Shown: positions 47,809-57,712 of the stretch, in pieces
Layout: the number at the start of each line of letters is the position of its first letter
Numbering within the stretch: the first letter of the stretch is position 1
Origin: Escherichia phage PSD2001
Direction: 5' to 3' (one strand)
Length of the DNA stretch: 64,000 bases
Sequence record: OK254198.1
Position numbers and translations under genes: made by a program
The notes under the pieces: model-generated
What the model was told of the DNA's origin: nothing
The model's database searches: none
The model's input: the letters and a program-made list of their open reading frames with translations, nothing else

Positions 47809-49248
47809 TTAGAATTTCATTTGAGCAGCAAGGTCGTCCAGGTCGCTCCTGTTGACCCTGGTTTGTCTATTCATTTCAGCCTGGCGATTCATCTCACCGG
47901 TGGCTTCTTTAACCGTAGGGCCTTGTTTAGGAGCTGAATCATCATCAATCTCGTACCAGCGCTGATTGCCTTTCTTAACACCCATCTTGAATTTATTATA
48001 GTAGTTCTTATCGCCATAACGAGACTTAAGCTGTTTGATTAACTGTAGTCCCATTTGAGCGAATTCTTCGGTCTCAACAACACCCAACATAAAGTCGGCC
48101 GTGTGAGCAATACCAAAGGATTCTGCGATGTCAGCCATATCAATCTCAGCTGCAACGTTTGCGCCCCTTGTTGTCTGCGCTGCAGTCCACAGGACTACAT
48201 TTTTCTCGACCGCCAGACCACGAAGTTCTTCTGCAACCATCTTAATCAGACCGTAACTGTTTTCGGTAAACGTTTTCAGTCTTGAGCTTGCACAGATTGC
48301 CAGGTAGTCAACAATAATCACATCCGGCACAAACCCTTGCTTCAGTTTGTATTCATTCAATAATGCACGGAAGGTATCCGCATGAGCACCGCCAGTTGGA
48401 TATTGTTTTATCTTCAGAGTCCCAAGAGTCCCGGCTGCACGCCATTTTTCCATCTTAGCTTTATATTCCGCCCATGACACATGACCTTCATCAATATCAT
48501 CCAGAGATACATCCAGCAAGTTGGCATCAATACGTTTGGCACATACTTCTTCAGCCATTTCCATGCTTATATAAAGCACGTTATGACCAGTCTGAAGATA
48601 GTCGGCCGCTAACGAACAAAGTCCCAGAGATTTCCCGACGTTGGTCCCGGCCAGTAAAACGTTCTCTGTGCCGTACTCAACTCCACCCTTCGTGATTTTA
48701 TTCAGGATGTTAATGCGGAACGGAACCTTTTTCGATTTGTTCAGATAAGTCTGGAATCGAGCTTCGTAATCGTTTAACCAATCATGGCCCAGAGCAGAGT
48801 CAAAACAGATAGACAATGCATCGCGCATGATGTCGGGGATAGCACCAATATCCGGGATTCGTTTATCACGTTTATCTTTCGGAAGTTCGGCATTACTCTG
48901 GATTTCGATAATCCTGGATGTGGCATTGAACATCGCAGATTTCTGCACATACTTCTCGGTTTCTCTAACCAACCATTCTTGGTCTTCTGGAGTATCGGCC
49001 AGGACTCCTAAGAGTTTCTTTGTGCCTTCATATTCGACTTCAGAAAGGTCAGAACTGTCGAGCGCGATATCAAGTGCAGTCTTAGTTGGTACCGCTTGAT
49101 ATTCTTTTACGTGTTCGTTAATCGTATTAAAAAGGGTCTTCGCGGGACCCTTTTCAAAATATGTGTTATTCAGATACGGCCAGACTTTAACAAAATATTC
49201 CTTGTTAAAGAGTAGCTGGGATAAAATAGTTTCTACCACTTCCACCAC
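47809..49248 (-). CDS. 41: replicative DNA helicase gp41 (DnaB-like)
   Basis: 479 aa; Walker A ...GTNVGKSLGLCSLA...; close to the T4 gp41 length. Confidence 0.95.
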   Translation of the reverse strand: MVEVVETILSQLLFNKEYFVKVWPYLNNTYFEKGPAKTLFNTINEHVKEYQAVPTKTALDIALDSSDLSEVEYEGTKKLLGVLADTPEDQEWLVRETEKYVQKSAMFNATSRIIEIQSNAELPKDKRDKRIPDIGAIPDIMRDALSICFDSALGHDWLNDYEARFQTYLNKSKKVPFRINILNKITKGGVEYGTENVLLAGTNVGKSLGLCSLAADYLQTGHNVLYISMEMAEEVCAKRIDANLLDVSLDDIDEGHVSWAEYKAKMEKWRAAGTLGTLKIKQYPTGGAHADTFRALLNEYKLKQGFVPDVIIVDYLAICASSRLKTFTENSYGLIKMVAEELRGLAVEKNVVLWTAAQTTRGANVAAEIDMADIAESFGIAHTADFMLGVVETEEFAQMGLQLIKQLKSRYGDKNYYNKFKMGVKKGNQRWYEIDDDSAPKQGPTVKEATGEMNRQAEMNRQTRVNRSDLDDLAAQMKF

Positions 49249-49577
49249 CTCTTTTTCATTTTAATCTTATCAATTTCATCTTGTATTTGCATTGTAACAC
49301 ACTTTTCTACATGCACTGCAAGCTCCGCTTTGCGGTCTTCAGAAGGGGTGCCGAAATCAACTGAAACTTTTCCAGATGGTTCAATTTTAATTCCGGTTAC
49401 GTACACAATGTGACTGGACCCATCAGGGAGTGATAACAGAATTTCCTGCCGTACAGTTCCCATGGATTGCCGGATAATCTCCAAACTTTTTTCGTAGTAA
49501 GGTACAGAAGGAGCCTTAGCTCCCTCCGCATCTTTCTCGAAATTATCTAAATCAGATAAATCGATATCATTCATCAA
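49233..49577 (-). CDS. 40: head vertex assembly chaperone gp40
   Basis: 114 aa between 41 and uvsX; size and position match T4 gene 40. Confidence 0.6.
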   Translation of the reverse strand: MMNDIDLSDLDNFEKDAEGAKAPSVPYYEKSLEIIRQSMGTVRQEILLSLPDGSSHIVYVTGIKIEPSGKVSVDFGTPSEDRKAELAVHVEKCVTMQIQDEIDKIKMKKRWWKW

Positions 49578-50745
49578 GGTCTTCCATCATATCTAAATCG
49601 TTTTCGATATCTGCCGCAGATGGTTTTGCCTTACCTTCAGGAGCAGTGTATTTTTCAACCTTGGAGGCAATAAGCGCATCAACTTCGGCATCAACAACAG
49701 CATTGCTATCGATTGCACCCAGTTGGTAATGGCGTTTGATTGCATCACGGAAAGGTTCGTGTTTGAACAGTGGGCCCCAGAATTCGGTGCAGTTAGTATC
49801 TTTTGCGCGCCATGATTTTTCTTCGCGGACCATTTCACCGGTCTCAACATCAAGATATTCACGGTTATACCAACCAACTTTTGGTTTCACCACAAATCCG
49901 ATTTCCATTGCCATATCAAGCAGGCCAGAATACGGGTCAATACCGCCATCGAATTTTACATCAATGAAGAATTTACTTTTCTCTTTGACCATACGAGATT
50001 TTTCGGCGTTCAGAACAAATTGGAAGCCTTCAAGTTCTTTACCAGTTTCTTTAATCTGGCGTTTGCCGATAATGAATACGGTGTCCGCGGAATACATAAC
50101 ACCTGTACCGCCGGTCATAACGGTTTTGCTATACATCTCAATCGTCTCGATTGTATGGTTAACCGCGACACAAGGAATATCCTTGATGCTAAAATACGGG
50201 GTAACAATACGGAACAGAGATTTCAGGGATTTGGCACGAGTCATATCACCAACGACTTTTTCGTTCATTGCATCTTCTGTTTCTTTTTTCGACGCCATGT
50301 TACCGATTGAGTCAATAAAGATAATGACTTTTTCACCACGCTCAATTGCTTCAAGCTGATTAACCATATCAACTTTCAATTGTTCAACCGACTGGATTGG
50401 TGTATGGATAACACGTTCCGGGTCAACTTTCATTGCACGAAGATATGCTTCTGTGATACCAAATTCTGAATCATAGAACAAACAGATTGCATCGGGGTAT
50501 TTGTTCATATATGCAGAGACCATCGTTAAACCCATATTGGATTTAAAGTGTTTTGACGGACCAGCAAAAATAGTCAAACCTGACTGCATACCACCATCTA
50601 GTGCACCGCTGATTGCAATGTTCAGCATCGGGATTTTTGTACGAACTACATCTTTATCATTAAAGAACTTGGACTTGGTAAGAGTCGCGGTCATTTTGGA
50701 TGTAGAAGCTTTAATCAAACGGGATTTCAAATCTGCAATAGACAT
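49567..50745 (-). CDS. uvsX: UvsX recombinase (RecA-like)
   Basis: 392 aa; N-terminus MSIADLKSRLIKASTSKMTA...; RecA-fold ATPase motifs. Confidence 0.95.
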   Translation of the reverse strand: MSIADLKSRLIKASTSKMTATLTKSKFFNDKDVVRTKIPMLNIAISGALDGGMQSGLTIFAGPSKHFKSNMGLTMVSAYMNKYPDAICLFYDSEFGITEAYLRAMKVDPERVIHTPIQSVEQLKVDMVNQLEAIERGEKVIIFIDSIGNMASKKETEDAMNEKVVGDMTRAKSLKSLFRIVTPYFSIKDIPCVAVNHTIETIEMYSKTVMTGGTGVMYSADTVFIIGKRQIKETGKELEGFQFVLNAEKSRMVKEKSKFFIDVKFDGGIDPYSGLLDMAMEIGFVVKPKVGWYNREYLDVETGEMVREEKSWRAKDTNCTEFWGPLFKHEPFRDAIKRHYQLGAIDSNAVVDAEVDALIASKVEKYTAPEGKAKPSAADIENDLDMMEDLDE

Positions 50746-50830
50746 TCATTTTTTCCATAGGCACCATTATATTTTTCTCACAGGTTTAAGATAGGATAAT
50801 TATATCACTGTATTTTCAGAGCAATTAATG

Positions 50831-51334
50831 TTAGTTAATACCTTGGCGTGCTTTCTCTTTAGCTACACATTTATTAATATAGCTCAGACGGTTTTGAGCA
50901 GAACGCTGATACATATCGCGATACTCATTGGCTTTTGGAGAACCCGTCTCCGCTGCCTGATAAGCTTCAGCGCGCATGATGTTTATCTGCATATTGATAT
51001 ATGACATGCAGACCTGTGAAATCTGGTTAACAGTATCCAGGTCATTTTGTCGCTTGGTTTTTGCTTCCAGCTTGGCAATGATTTCGTCATGCTTCGCCGC
51101 TTGCTCGCGTTTGTACTCAATTTCACGTTGAGCATATTTCGCGCAGTTGTTTCCGCATTGATTGTTGTCGCGTTTGTAGATAAGTCCAGTACCACCTTTG
51201 AAATCAAAGGAACCATTATGCACCTGACGGTCCGCAGCAATTCGCGCTTTACCAATCTCGTTGGCATTAACAACATCACCCTGGTAAGCACAACCAGATA
51301 GCAGCATAACAGCTGCGATAGCTAACTTTTTCAT
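50831..51334 (-). CDS. lipoprotein (167 aa; signal peptide with LLSGC lipobox)
   Basis: MKKLAIAAVMLLSGCAYQG...; occupies the slot where T4 has beta-gt/42. Confidence 0.6.
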   Translation of the reverse strand: MKKLAIAAVMLLSGCAYQGDVVNANEIGKARIAADRQVHNGSFDFKGGTGLIYKRDNNQCGNNCAKYAQREIEYKREQAAKHDEIIAKLEAKTKRQNDLDTVNQISQVCMSYINMQINIMRAEAYQAAETGSPKANEYRDMYQRSAQNRLSYINKCVAKEKARQGIN

Positions 51335-51342
51335 TTTGCTTC

Positions 51343-51486
51343 CTAATTAAAACATTCATAGCGGGCTTGGAGCCCCAAAAATACCCAACCCAAAATTAAA
51401 GTTGGAATCATATGTGGAGTCATTATTGCCCAGTAGATTGACATACTAAAAAATGCAATCAGTACAATAATTGTAATTATCTTCAT
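51343..51486 (-). CDS. small membrane protein (47 aa); not in ORF track
   Basis: ATGA overlap with the imm stop; hydrophobic; AGGAAG RBS for the lipoprotein follows. Confidence 0.4.
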   Translation of the reverse strand: MKIITIIVLIAFFSMSIYWAIMTPHMIPTLILGWVFLGLQARYECFN

Positions 51487-51725
51487 TTTGCTTCCTTGAT
51501 GATAATTACTTGTGCGTTTGATTTACGTTCAGCAACGAGTGCCCAGATAAATGCAATAAACCATCCGACCATTGTCCAACCTAACAGGAGGTTAACAAAG
51601 AAGATTCCGCAATTACTTTTGGTTCCACGCAGTAGCGCGATAATCCACGGCAGAAAATATGCTAGTGCAGCCAGGAAGAAAGAACCTGCACCAAGAACAA
51701 CAGTACCCGCAATTAATGTTTCCAT
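51483..51725 (-). CDS. imm: superinfection immunity protein Imm-like (two TM helices)
   Basis: 80 aa; ...LPWIIALLRG...FFVNLLLGWTMVGWFIAFIWAL... resembles the Imm family; directly upstream of 43 as in T4. Confidence 0.65.
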   Translation of the reverse strand: METLIAGTVVLGAGSFFLAALAYFLPWIIALLRGTKSNCGIFFVNLLLGWTMVGWFIAFIWALVAERKSNAQVIIIKEAK

Positions 51726-51759
51726 TTTAATATCCTTAAGTTATTCATCAGTTGATGAG

Positions 51760-51795
51760 GTAATCATACGGCAATCCATTGCCGTTGTAAACACT
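51760..51795 (-). promoter_or_regulatory. early promoter (-35 GTTTACA) with 8-bp stem-loop in the spacer, upstream of imm
   Basis: acggcaatccattgccgt hairpin followed by ttgtaaacac. Confidence 0.45.
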
Positions 51796-54509
51796 TAAAA
51801 GTCAAACATGTCAAAAAGAGTTGCTTTCTTTTCGTAATCAACCTTTGCAGCTTCAGAGAAACCTGTTAATGGCTTAACAAAAGTCTTCTGGAACAGTGTG
51901 TTGTAGTCCATCCACTGCAGAACCTGGTCACGGATTTCAATCGGGAGTTCAATCCCAGATGGCCATGCAATCACGGTTTCACCAAACGGGTTACCAACTT
52001 TAAGAGGAAGTACATACACCTTTTCCCCTTCCATGATTTGCGGAACAGTCTTCAGACCTTTAGTTGCACGCATATATGCAAGCACACCTTTGATATGAGC
52101 AGGACACTTAAATCCAGGGAAACCGCCTTCATTATATTTCTGGATGTTGTTAACCGATGATACACCAGCGATGGTCATGTAGTTAAGCTCATTAAATTCC
52201 TTATTGAATTCCTTGAAGTATGTCTGCAGAGATTCTTCGCCTTCTTGCAGCATACGGCGGATACATTCTTTCAGAGCTTTCTGACATGCCTTTGGAGTAC
52301 TCGACTTTTGAGTTTCCAGACCCATGATTTTCAGTTTCGGAACAGCATATCGCGTGCCTTCCATATCGTACACGTTCAACGCATAACGCTTCTTCGCCGT
52401 CCAGAATCCACCCACACCTTTAGAACCCAGCGGAGGACATGCAATCGCCTCACGGTCCATAAACATAAGGTGCTGTTTGTTGTTCATGTATTCAGCCAGC
52501 TCACGGAAAGCTTTATCGATTGCCGGTTCCAGACGGTCTTTCGCAAACTTGTCCATGAAGTCAACCAGGTGGTTTGTATCACGGAATTTAGATTCGCCAC
52601 CAACCTTTTTAATCAGGTTATCGCATTGGATATAAATGGAGTCAGTATCGCCATAGAACACATAAGTTTCGCCGCTTGTCCCACAAACACTATCGAAGTA
52701 TTCGTTAACTTTACGCTCAATCCACTGCAATGCAAGTTGTCCGAAAGATGTAATCGCGGTTGCATTTCGCAGGTCAAAGTAACGGAACCAGATATTGCCC
52801 AGAGCGCCATAACAACTGTTGATAAGCAGTTTACGGTTAATCTGTGCGGTCATGCCTGCAACTTCTTCCATCTGTGCTTTGTACAACATACCATTCAGGA
52901 CTGTTTGATTCAGACCATGCAAGGTTGTTTTCATATTGTCATCAAAGTCATGACGATAATCAACTTCAGGCTCGGTTGTACCAGTTCCTGGATTACGCAG
53001 AGCTTCCTTAATCAGTTCACCATTACGTTGAGCCGCAAGCATATAGCCTTTGTGTTCTTTACGCTGATTAAACACCTTGGTGACTTCTGTCGGAATAATA
53101 CCCGCAACATCTTTAAAATACATCATACCATTTGGAGCACAACTAAATGTATCAGACGGACGGTCAGCAGTTCCTGCGATGTATTCATACATCTGGGCTG
53201 GTGCAAATGAACCGGCAATCGTTTCTGGACTGATGTTAATCTGTCGGATAATGCTTGGATACAGAGATGTTAAGTCACAGCTCATTACATATTTGTATGC
53301 GTTCGGAATCGGTTCCTTAACAAATGCACCAGGGAATGATTGACGAACATGTGATTTGGTTTCCGGAATGACTTTGTTTTGAGTCTTCAGGCTGTTAAAG
53401 ATAATCGCATCCCAAGTTTTGATTGGGCTGAATACAGACTGAATCTGCATTTTTGCATAATAACCCATTGACTGGCTCAGATTAATAAACTGTCGCTTAC
53501 GGTCAATCTGCACAACACGATAAACGTCGATGATGTTATAAGAAATATACCGCTGGTGATTTGATTCGCGCAGTTTAGAAATCGGGCCATCATACGGGAG
53601 TTTACCAACACCCAGTTCAGATTCCGCAACATAATCCAACGAATAAGACGGTTGGTTTGTGAAGCTGAACTTTTTATACAGGTCCAGATAATCCAGAACA
53701 GAGATACCCAGAATCTGAATGATTTCTTGTTCTTCACCAAAGCCATTGTTAATGACCTTAACTTTTGTACGACGATGTGGACTCAGACGTTTTGCCGTAG
53801 CTTCACCAAATACATTTTTAAGGCGGTTGTAGATATATGGAATATCAAATTTCTCGATGTTCCAACCAGTTAACATAACCGGAGTTTTCTCGTTCCAGAA
53901 TACCAAATACTGCTGGAGCATTTCTTCTTCTGAATCGAAAGCCATATAAACAATTTTTTCCAGGATTTCTTCAGGGACTTCATCGCCACCGTCTTCCTGC
54001 AGCTTAGCAGCAATATCAATAGACCATTGCTCCACAGTGGCGTATGGTGAGCTCAAAAGGTCAAAGACATAGAATTTATCGTCTACCGAATCATAGTGCG
54101 TCAGGGCATCAATAGGGTGACGTGCTTCAGACGGCTCAGGAAACCCATCGGGAGATGTCACCTCGATATCGAAGTTAGCAACACGGATTTTACTTGAATC
54201 ATATTTGATTTCGTGCGGGTAACGGTCGGACAAGTATGCGAGTTTAAAGTCGTCCATACCCATAGCTTCGAGACCCATGTCATTCATTCGCTTCATCCAC
54301 TGGGATGCATCACGCATGGAATCGAATTCTTTTTTCACACAACCTTTATTATAGATGTCTGTATACTTTGCAGCTTGGTCTTCACGGGCGTGCATAAACA
54401 AGCATGGAGCATAAGGGATTTCACGAACACGTTCATGACCATTCTTGTCAATATATCGTTCGTGTAGGTTGTCACCGATTTGTTCGATAGTTAAATAAAA
54501 TTCTTGCAT
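51795..54509 (-). CDS. 43: DNA polymerase gp43 (family B), single uninterrupted ORF
   Basis: 904 aa; N-terminus MQEFYLTIEQIGDN..ERYIDKNG.ER.RE..Y matches T4 gp43; exonuclease and polymerase motifs. Confidence 0.97.
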   Translation of the reverse strand: MQEFYLTIEQIGDNLHERYIDKNGHERVREIPYAPCLFMHAREDQAAKYTDIYNKGCVKKEFDSMRDASQWMKRMNDMGLEAMGMDDFKLAYLSDRYPHEIKYDSSKIRVANFDIEVTSPDGFPEPSEARHPIDALTHYDSVDDKFYVFDLLSSPYATVEQWSIDIAAKLQEDGGDEVPEEILEKIVYMAFDSEEEMLQQYLVFWNEKTPVMLTGWNIEKFDIPYIYNRLKNVFGEATAKRLSPHRRTKVKVINNGFGEEQEIIQILGISVLDYLDLYKKFSFTNQPSYSLDYVAESELGVGKLPYDGPISKLRESNHQRYISYNIIDVYRVVQIDRKRQFINLSQSMGYYAKMQIQSVFSPIKTWDAIIFNSLKTQNKVIPETKSHVRQSFPGAFVKEPIPNAYKYVMSCDLTSLYPSIIRQINISPETIAGSFAPAQMYEYIAGTADRPSDTFSCAPNGMMYFKDVAGIIPTEVTKVFNQRKEHKGYMLAAQRNGELIKEALRNPGTGTTEPEVDYRHDFDDNMKTTLHGLNQTVLNGMLYKAQMEEVAGMTAQINRKLLINSCYGALGNIWFRYFDLRNATAITSFGQLALQWIERKVNEYFDSVCGTSGETYVFYGDTDSIYIQCDNLIKKVGGESKFRDTNHLVDFMDKFAKDRLEPAIDKAFRELAEYMNNKQHLMFMDREAIACPPLGSKGVGGFWTAKKRYALNVYDMEGTRYAVPKLKIMGLETQKSSTPKACQKALKECIRRMLQEGEESLQTYFKEFNKEFNELNYMTIAGVSSVNNIQKYNEGGFPGFKCPAHIKGVLAYMRATKGLKTVPQIMEGEKVYVLPLKVGNPFGETVIAWPSGIELPIEIRDQVLQWMDYNTLFQKTFVKPLTGFSEAAKVDYEKKATLFDMFDF

Positions 54510-54573
54510 TTGGTTTCCTTTATAGTCGAGTGATTGACTTTTGTTTTATGACTTGACGCTATTATACTACAAA

Positions 54574-54589
54574 AGGGACCGAAGTCCCT
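54574..54589 (-). terminator. rho-independent terminator after regA
   Basis: agggacCGAAgtccct + T-rich tail. Confidence 0.7.
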
Positions 54590-54599
54590 TTGCTTTAAA

Positions 54600-54968
54600 T
54601 CAATTACCAATTGTATATTTGGCTACGAGCTTCCAGTCGTCTTTTTGTTTGAATGAAATAACACGGAAGTTATTTGTTACTGCGAACAATTCATTATGCT
54701 CTTCTTCTTTGATAGCAATTAAGCCCCAGTCTTCAAGCAGTTGGGCGATGGAATCACGGCGCTGATAGTCTTCGCCGTCAATATCAACCTGACGACCATC
54801 CATGCGCAGCATTTCTTTGAAGTGAACAATATAATAACGACCTTGCTTTTGGAGGATGTGGCAGCTCTGGTACAGTACACGGTCTTTATTATTTGCGATG
54901 CCCATACGGGTCAGAGTTTCTTTAACTTTCAGGAAGTCTTCAGGTTGCTTTAATGTAATTTCAATCAT
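54600..54968 (-). CDS. regA: translational repressor RegA
   Basis: 122 aa; near-identical in pattern to T4 RegA (MIEITLK.PEDFLKVKETLTRMGIANNKD.VLYQSCHILQK...). Confidence 0.95.
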   Translation of the reverse strand: MIEITLKQPEDFLKVKETLTRMGIANNKDRVLYQSCHILQKQGRYYIVHFKEMLRMDGRQVDIDGEDYQRRDSIAQLLEDWGLIAIKEEEHNELFAVTNNFRVISFKQKDDWKLVAKYTIGN

Positions 54969-54969
54969 T

Positions 54970-55548
54970 TTACCATTCCAATATTTGTTTTTTAATTTCT
55001 TTTTGTTCTTTCACATTACTGGTAACGGTCTTTAAGAATTCATCCGTTACCAGACCTTTTGTCTTTTTCAAAACATCTTTAAGACTACCTTTGACTTTCA
55101 ATGTTTCCATATACATCAAAGCATCATCTGCATTAATTGTATAATATTTCATCAAAAGCTTAAGCACAAGCTGGACGTTGACTACATCCGGTTCAGCCTT
55201 GGCCCATTTGCCATAACGCTTGCCTTGTGGAACTGCATGCAGCAAATAATTATAATGCTGCTGGTCTGTTAACCCGGAACCGATTAAGTTCATCACGTTC
55301 ACCTGCATGATGCAATCAACATGTTGACTCAATGCGTTATCCAGCCAGAATTTATTGTAGTTTTCCGATTGAATCAGGTTCCGTGGTTTTTTGCTAACGG
55401 TTATGTCGTTAAGAATCGCGAACAATTCATTTTCTGCTTTCTCTTTGTATGAATCGGACAATTCCTGAATTTTGTTAAAGTCGCGTGATTTCCACGCAAC
55501 TTCATGTTCGTTTAATTGAACGTCATCATCAAAGAGACTTACAGCCAT
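54970..55548 (-). CDS. 62: clamp loader small subunit gp62
   Basis: 192 aa; position between regA and 44. Confidence 0.85.
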   Translation of the reverse strand: MAVSLFDDDVQLNEHEVAWKSRDFNKIQELSDSYKEKAENELFAILNDITVSKKPRNLIQSENYNKFWLDNALSQHVDCIMQVNVMNLIGSGLTDQQHYNYLLHAVPQGKRYGKWAKAEPDVVNVQLVLKLLMKYYTINADDALMYMETLKVKGSLKDVLKKTKGLVTDEFLKTVTSNVKEQKEIKKQILEW

Positions 55549-56498
55549 TTCATTTCCCCAGCCAGTTGAGCAAACAGATAAGTCAAGTGAACTTCGGTAT
55601 TGGCCGCAATGCCATGATACTGATTATTCTCACCCACAATCTCATACATGCGGATGATACTTGCACCAGTCAGTTTGCCATACATTTCATCAGCCAGCTT
55701 TGCAATGAAGCTTGAATAATCATTTGCATGCTTAGGAGCCAGCCCACGGAGAACTTTAAAGTTACGGTCCTTAAGGGCATCAATCACATCATCAATTGGC
55801 GTGCGATTGTTTGTCACGATACTCAGAATACCAGAATCGATAACACCCTTTGCAGAGTAACGGTCAAGCTCGTTAATTGTCTTACGCAGGTCCGGGAAGT
55901 TATGCTTAACCAGAGCAGCAACAACTTTCAGGTCTTCGATTTCAACACCTTCATTTTTACATACCGCAACTGCACGATGAATCATCTCTTTCATCATGGT
56001 AGTCTGGTCAGCCGGAGTTGCTTCACCAAACTTAATTACGCGACAACGAGACTGCAACGGAGTAATGATGCCATCGATATTGTTTGCAGTCATAATGATT
56101 GAACAGTTGCTCGAATAAGCTTCCATAAAGCTACGGAGGTGACGTTGTGATTCAGCCAGCCCCGCGCGGTCGAACTCATCGATAACGATTACCTTGCGGC
56201 GACCTTCGATTGATTTAGATGATGCAAAGCGAGTCAATTCATTACGCACAAAGTCAATTCGGCAATCGGAGCCGTTAACAAACAGCATATCAGAATTCGT
56301 ATCTGCACACATAGCTTTTGCAACTGTTGTCTTACCAGTACCAGGGGAACTACTGACCAGAATCAAGTTAGGAATCAAACCTTTTTTAACAATCGCCTCT
56401 AATGTTTCTTTATCATGAGCCGGGAGAATACACTCTGATAATGTACCTGGGCGGTATTTTTGTTCCCACATGAATTCTTTGTCATTAACCGTTAACAT
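55539..56498 (-). CDS. 44: clamp loader large subunit gp44 (AAA+)
   Basis: 319 aa; Walker A SPGTGKTT; same length as T4 gp44. Confidence 0.95.
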   Translation of the reverse strand: MLTVNDKEFMWEQKYRPGTLSECILPAHDKETLEAIVKKGLIPNLILVSSSPGTGKTTVAKAMCADTNSDMLFVNGSDCRIDFVRNELTRFASSKSIEGRRKVIVIDEFDRAGLAESQRHLRSFMEAYSSNCSIIMTANNIDGIITPLQSRCRVIKFGEATPADQTTMMKEMIHRAVAVCKNEGVEIEDLKVVAALVKHNFPDLRKTINELDRYSAKGVIDSGILSIVTNNRTPIDDVIDALKDRNFKVLRGLAPKHANDYSSFIAKLADEMYGKLTGASIIRMYEIVGENNQYHGIAANTEVHLTYLFAQLAGEMKWL

Positions 56499-56532
56499 AT
56501 ATTTTCCTCATATTAGTTTCTACTTTGTACTC

Positions 56533-56550
56533 CATGGGGCCGGAGCCCCA
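56533..56550 (-). terminator. rho-independent terminator after gene 45
   Basis: atggggcCGGAgccccat + T-rich tail. Confidence 0.7.
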
Positions 56551-56554
56551 TTTA

Positions 56555-57250
56555 TTAATCTTGGAATTCGTGGCTAGAGCCTTGTTCCATTGCAATCACA
56601 TAGCTTGCTTGTGTACCTTCAAACTTCGTAGCAAATTTATCATCTTTCGCCCAAAGCATAACACGGTAATCAGCCGGAATCATTTTCATGTTCAGTTTGT
56701 TAATGATAAATTTGAACGCTGCATCGCCTTCGTAATCGCCACACACCAGGGAATACAATGGACGTGCTAATTCTTTATCTTCGAGCTGGTTATAACCATG
56801 GATAACAATCTTACCGTCTTTGTTGGTGATTGCAAAGGTGTCTAGAGACAAACCACCAGCCACACGCAGAAGCTGCTGCAGGTCACTGCCTTTCAGGTCG
56901 AAGATAACCTTAGCTACCGGGAAAGGAATCTTCTTAGCAGGAAACACGATAGTGCTCGGGTCTGCTGCAGGCCAGTGAATCGTTGAACGTTGGTCTTTGA
57001 TAATGATATTCGATGCATCTTCAGCCAGGGATACTTCAGCTTGGTCAGTTACCAGACCCAGGATACTTAAGAAGCCATTCAGGTCATAAATTGCAGCTTC
57101 AAAGTCGATTGTATCATTGATTTCAGATTCACCATATGACGCTCCAGTTACGGAACGAGTCAGGATGGTATTACCTGGCTTAAGCATAATGCCAGAGTAG
57201 ATAGAAGTGAAGTTTTTCAGAACTGCGATAGTGTCTTTAGAGAATTTCAT
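56555..57250 (-). CDS. 45: sliding clamp gp45
   Basis: 231 aa; matches T4 gp45 (...IYDLNGFL..L.LV.D.AE...WPAADPST.V.P...LQQLLRV...). Confidence 0.95.
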   Translation of the reverse strand: MKFSKDTIAVLKNFTSIYSGIMLKPGNTILTRSVTGASYGESEINDTIDFEAAIYDLNGFLSILGLVTDQAEVSLAEDASNIIIKDQRSTIHWPAADPSTIVFPAKKIPFPVAKVIFDLKGSDLQQLLRVAGGLSLDTFAITNKDGKIVIHGYNQLEDKELARPLYSLVCGDYEGDAAFKFIINKLNMKMIPADYRVMLWAKDDKFATKFEGTQASYVIAMEQGSSHEFQD

Positions 57251-57280
57251 TTAATTACCTTTTATTCAAATCAAAATTAA

Positions 57281-57712
57281 TTAAGCAACAACTGCCATTT
57301 GTTTGCGGATAGCTTCTGGAAGAGATTCAATATACTCTGGAAGTTGCGCAGCAATAATAGAACCAGCTTGCGCCAGATGGTCATCAGAGTTAACACAATA
57401 ATCATCTTCAAGACGTTCGGAACCGTCACGGTCGATAACCAGTTTAGCACCAGCAGCCAGTGAATCGTTGTAATGACGTTGCATCAGTTCAATCCACTTA
57501 TCAGATACATCAGTATCAATCACACCGTACAGCATGAATTTAACTTCTTGAGGAAGTGATTTCAAACGGGTGGCAGATACTTCATCACATGCCAGGACCC
57601 AGGATTTGCGGATGCGGTTTTGGTTATGTGGGTTAGCGTCGGTGCGGATGGTTTTAACTTGGATATCTTTAGCAGTTACGTTGTTCATAATATTCTCTCT
57701 ATTCATTATCAA
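57281..57712 (-). CDS. hypothetical protein (143 aa) in the T4 rpbA position (RNA polymerase binding protein A)
   Basis: Position between 45 and 46; sequence not verified from memory. Confidence 0.5.
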   Translation of the reverse strand: MIMNRENIMNNVTAKDIQVKTIRTDANPHNQNRIRKSWVLACDEVSATRLKSLPQEVKFMLYGVIDTDVSDKWIELMQRHYNDSLAAGAKLVIDRDGSERLEDDYCVNSDDHLAQAGSIIAAQLPEYIESLPEAIRKQMAVVA

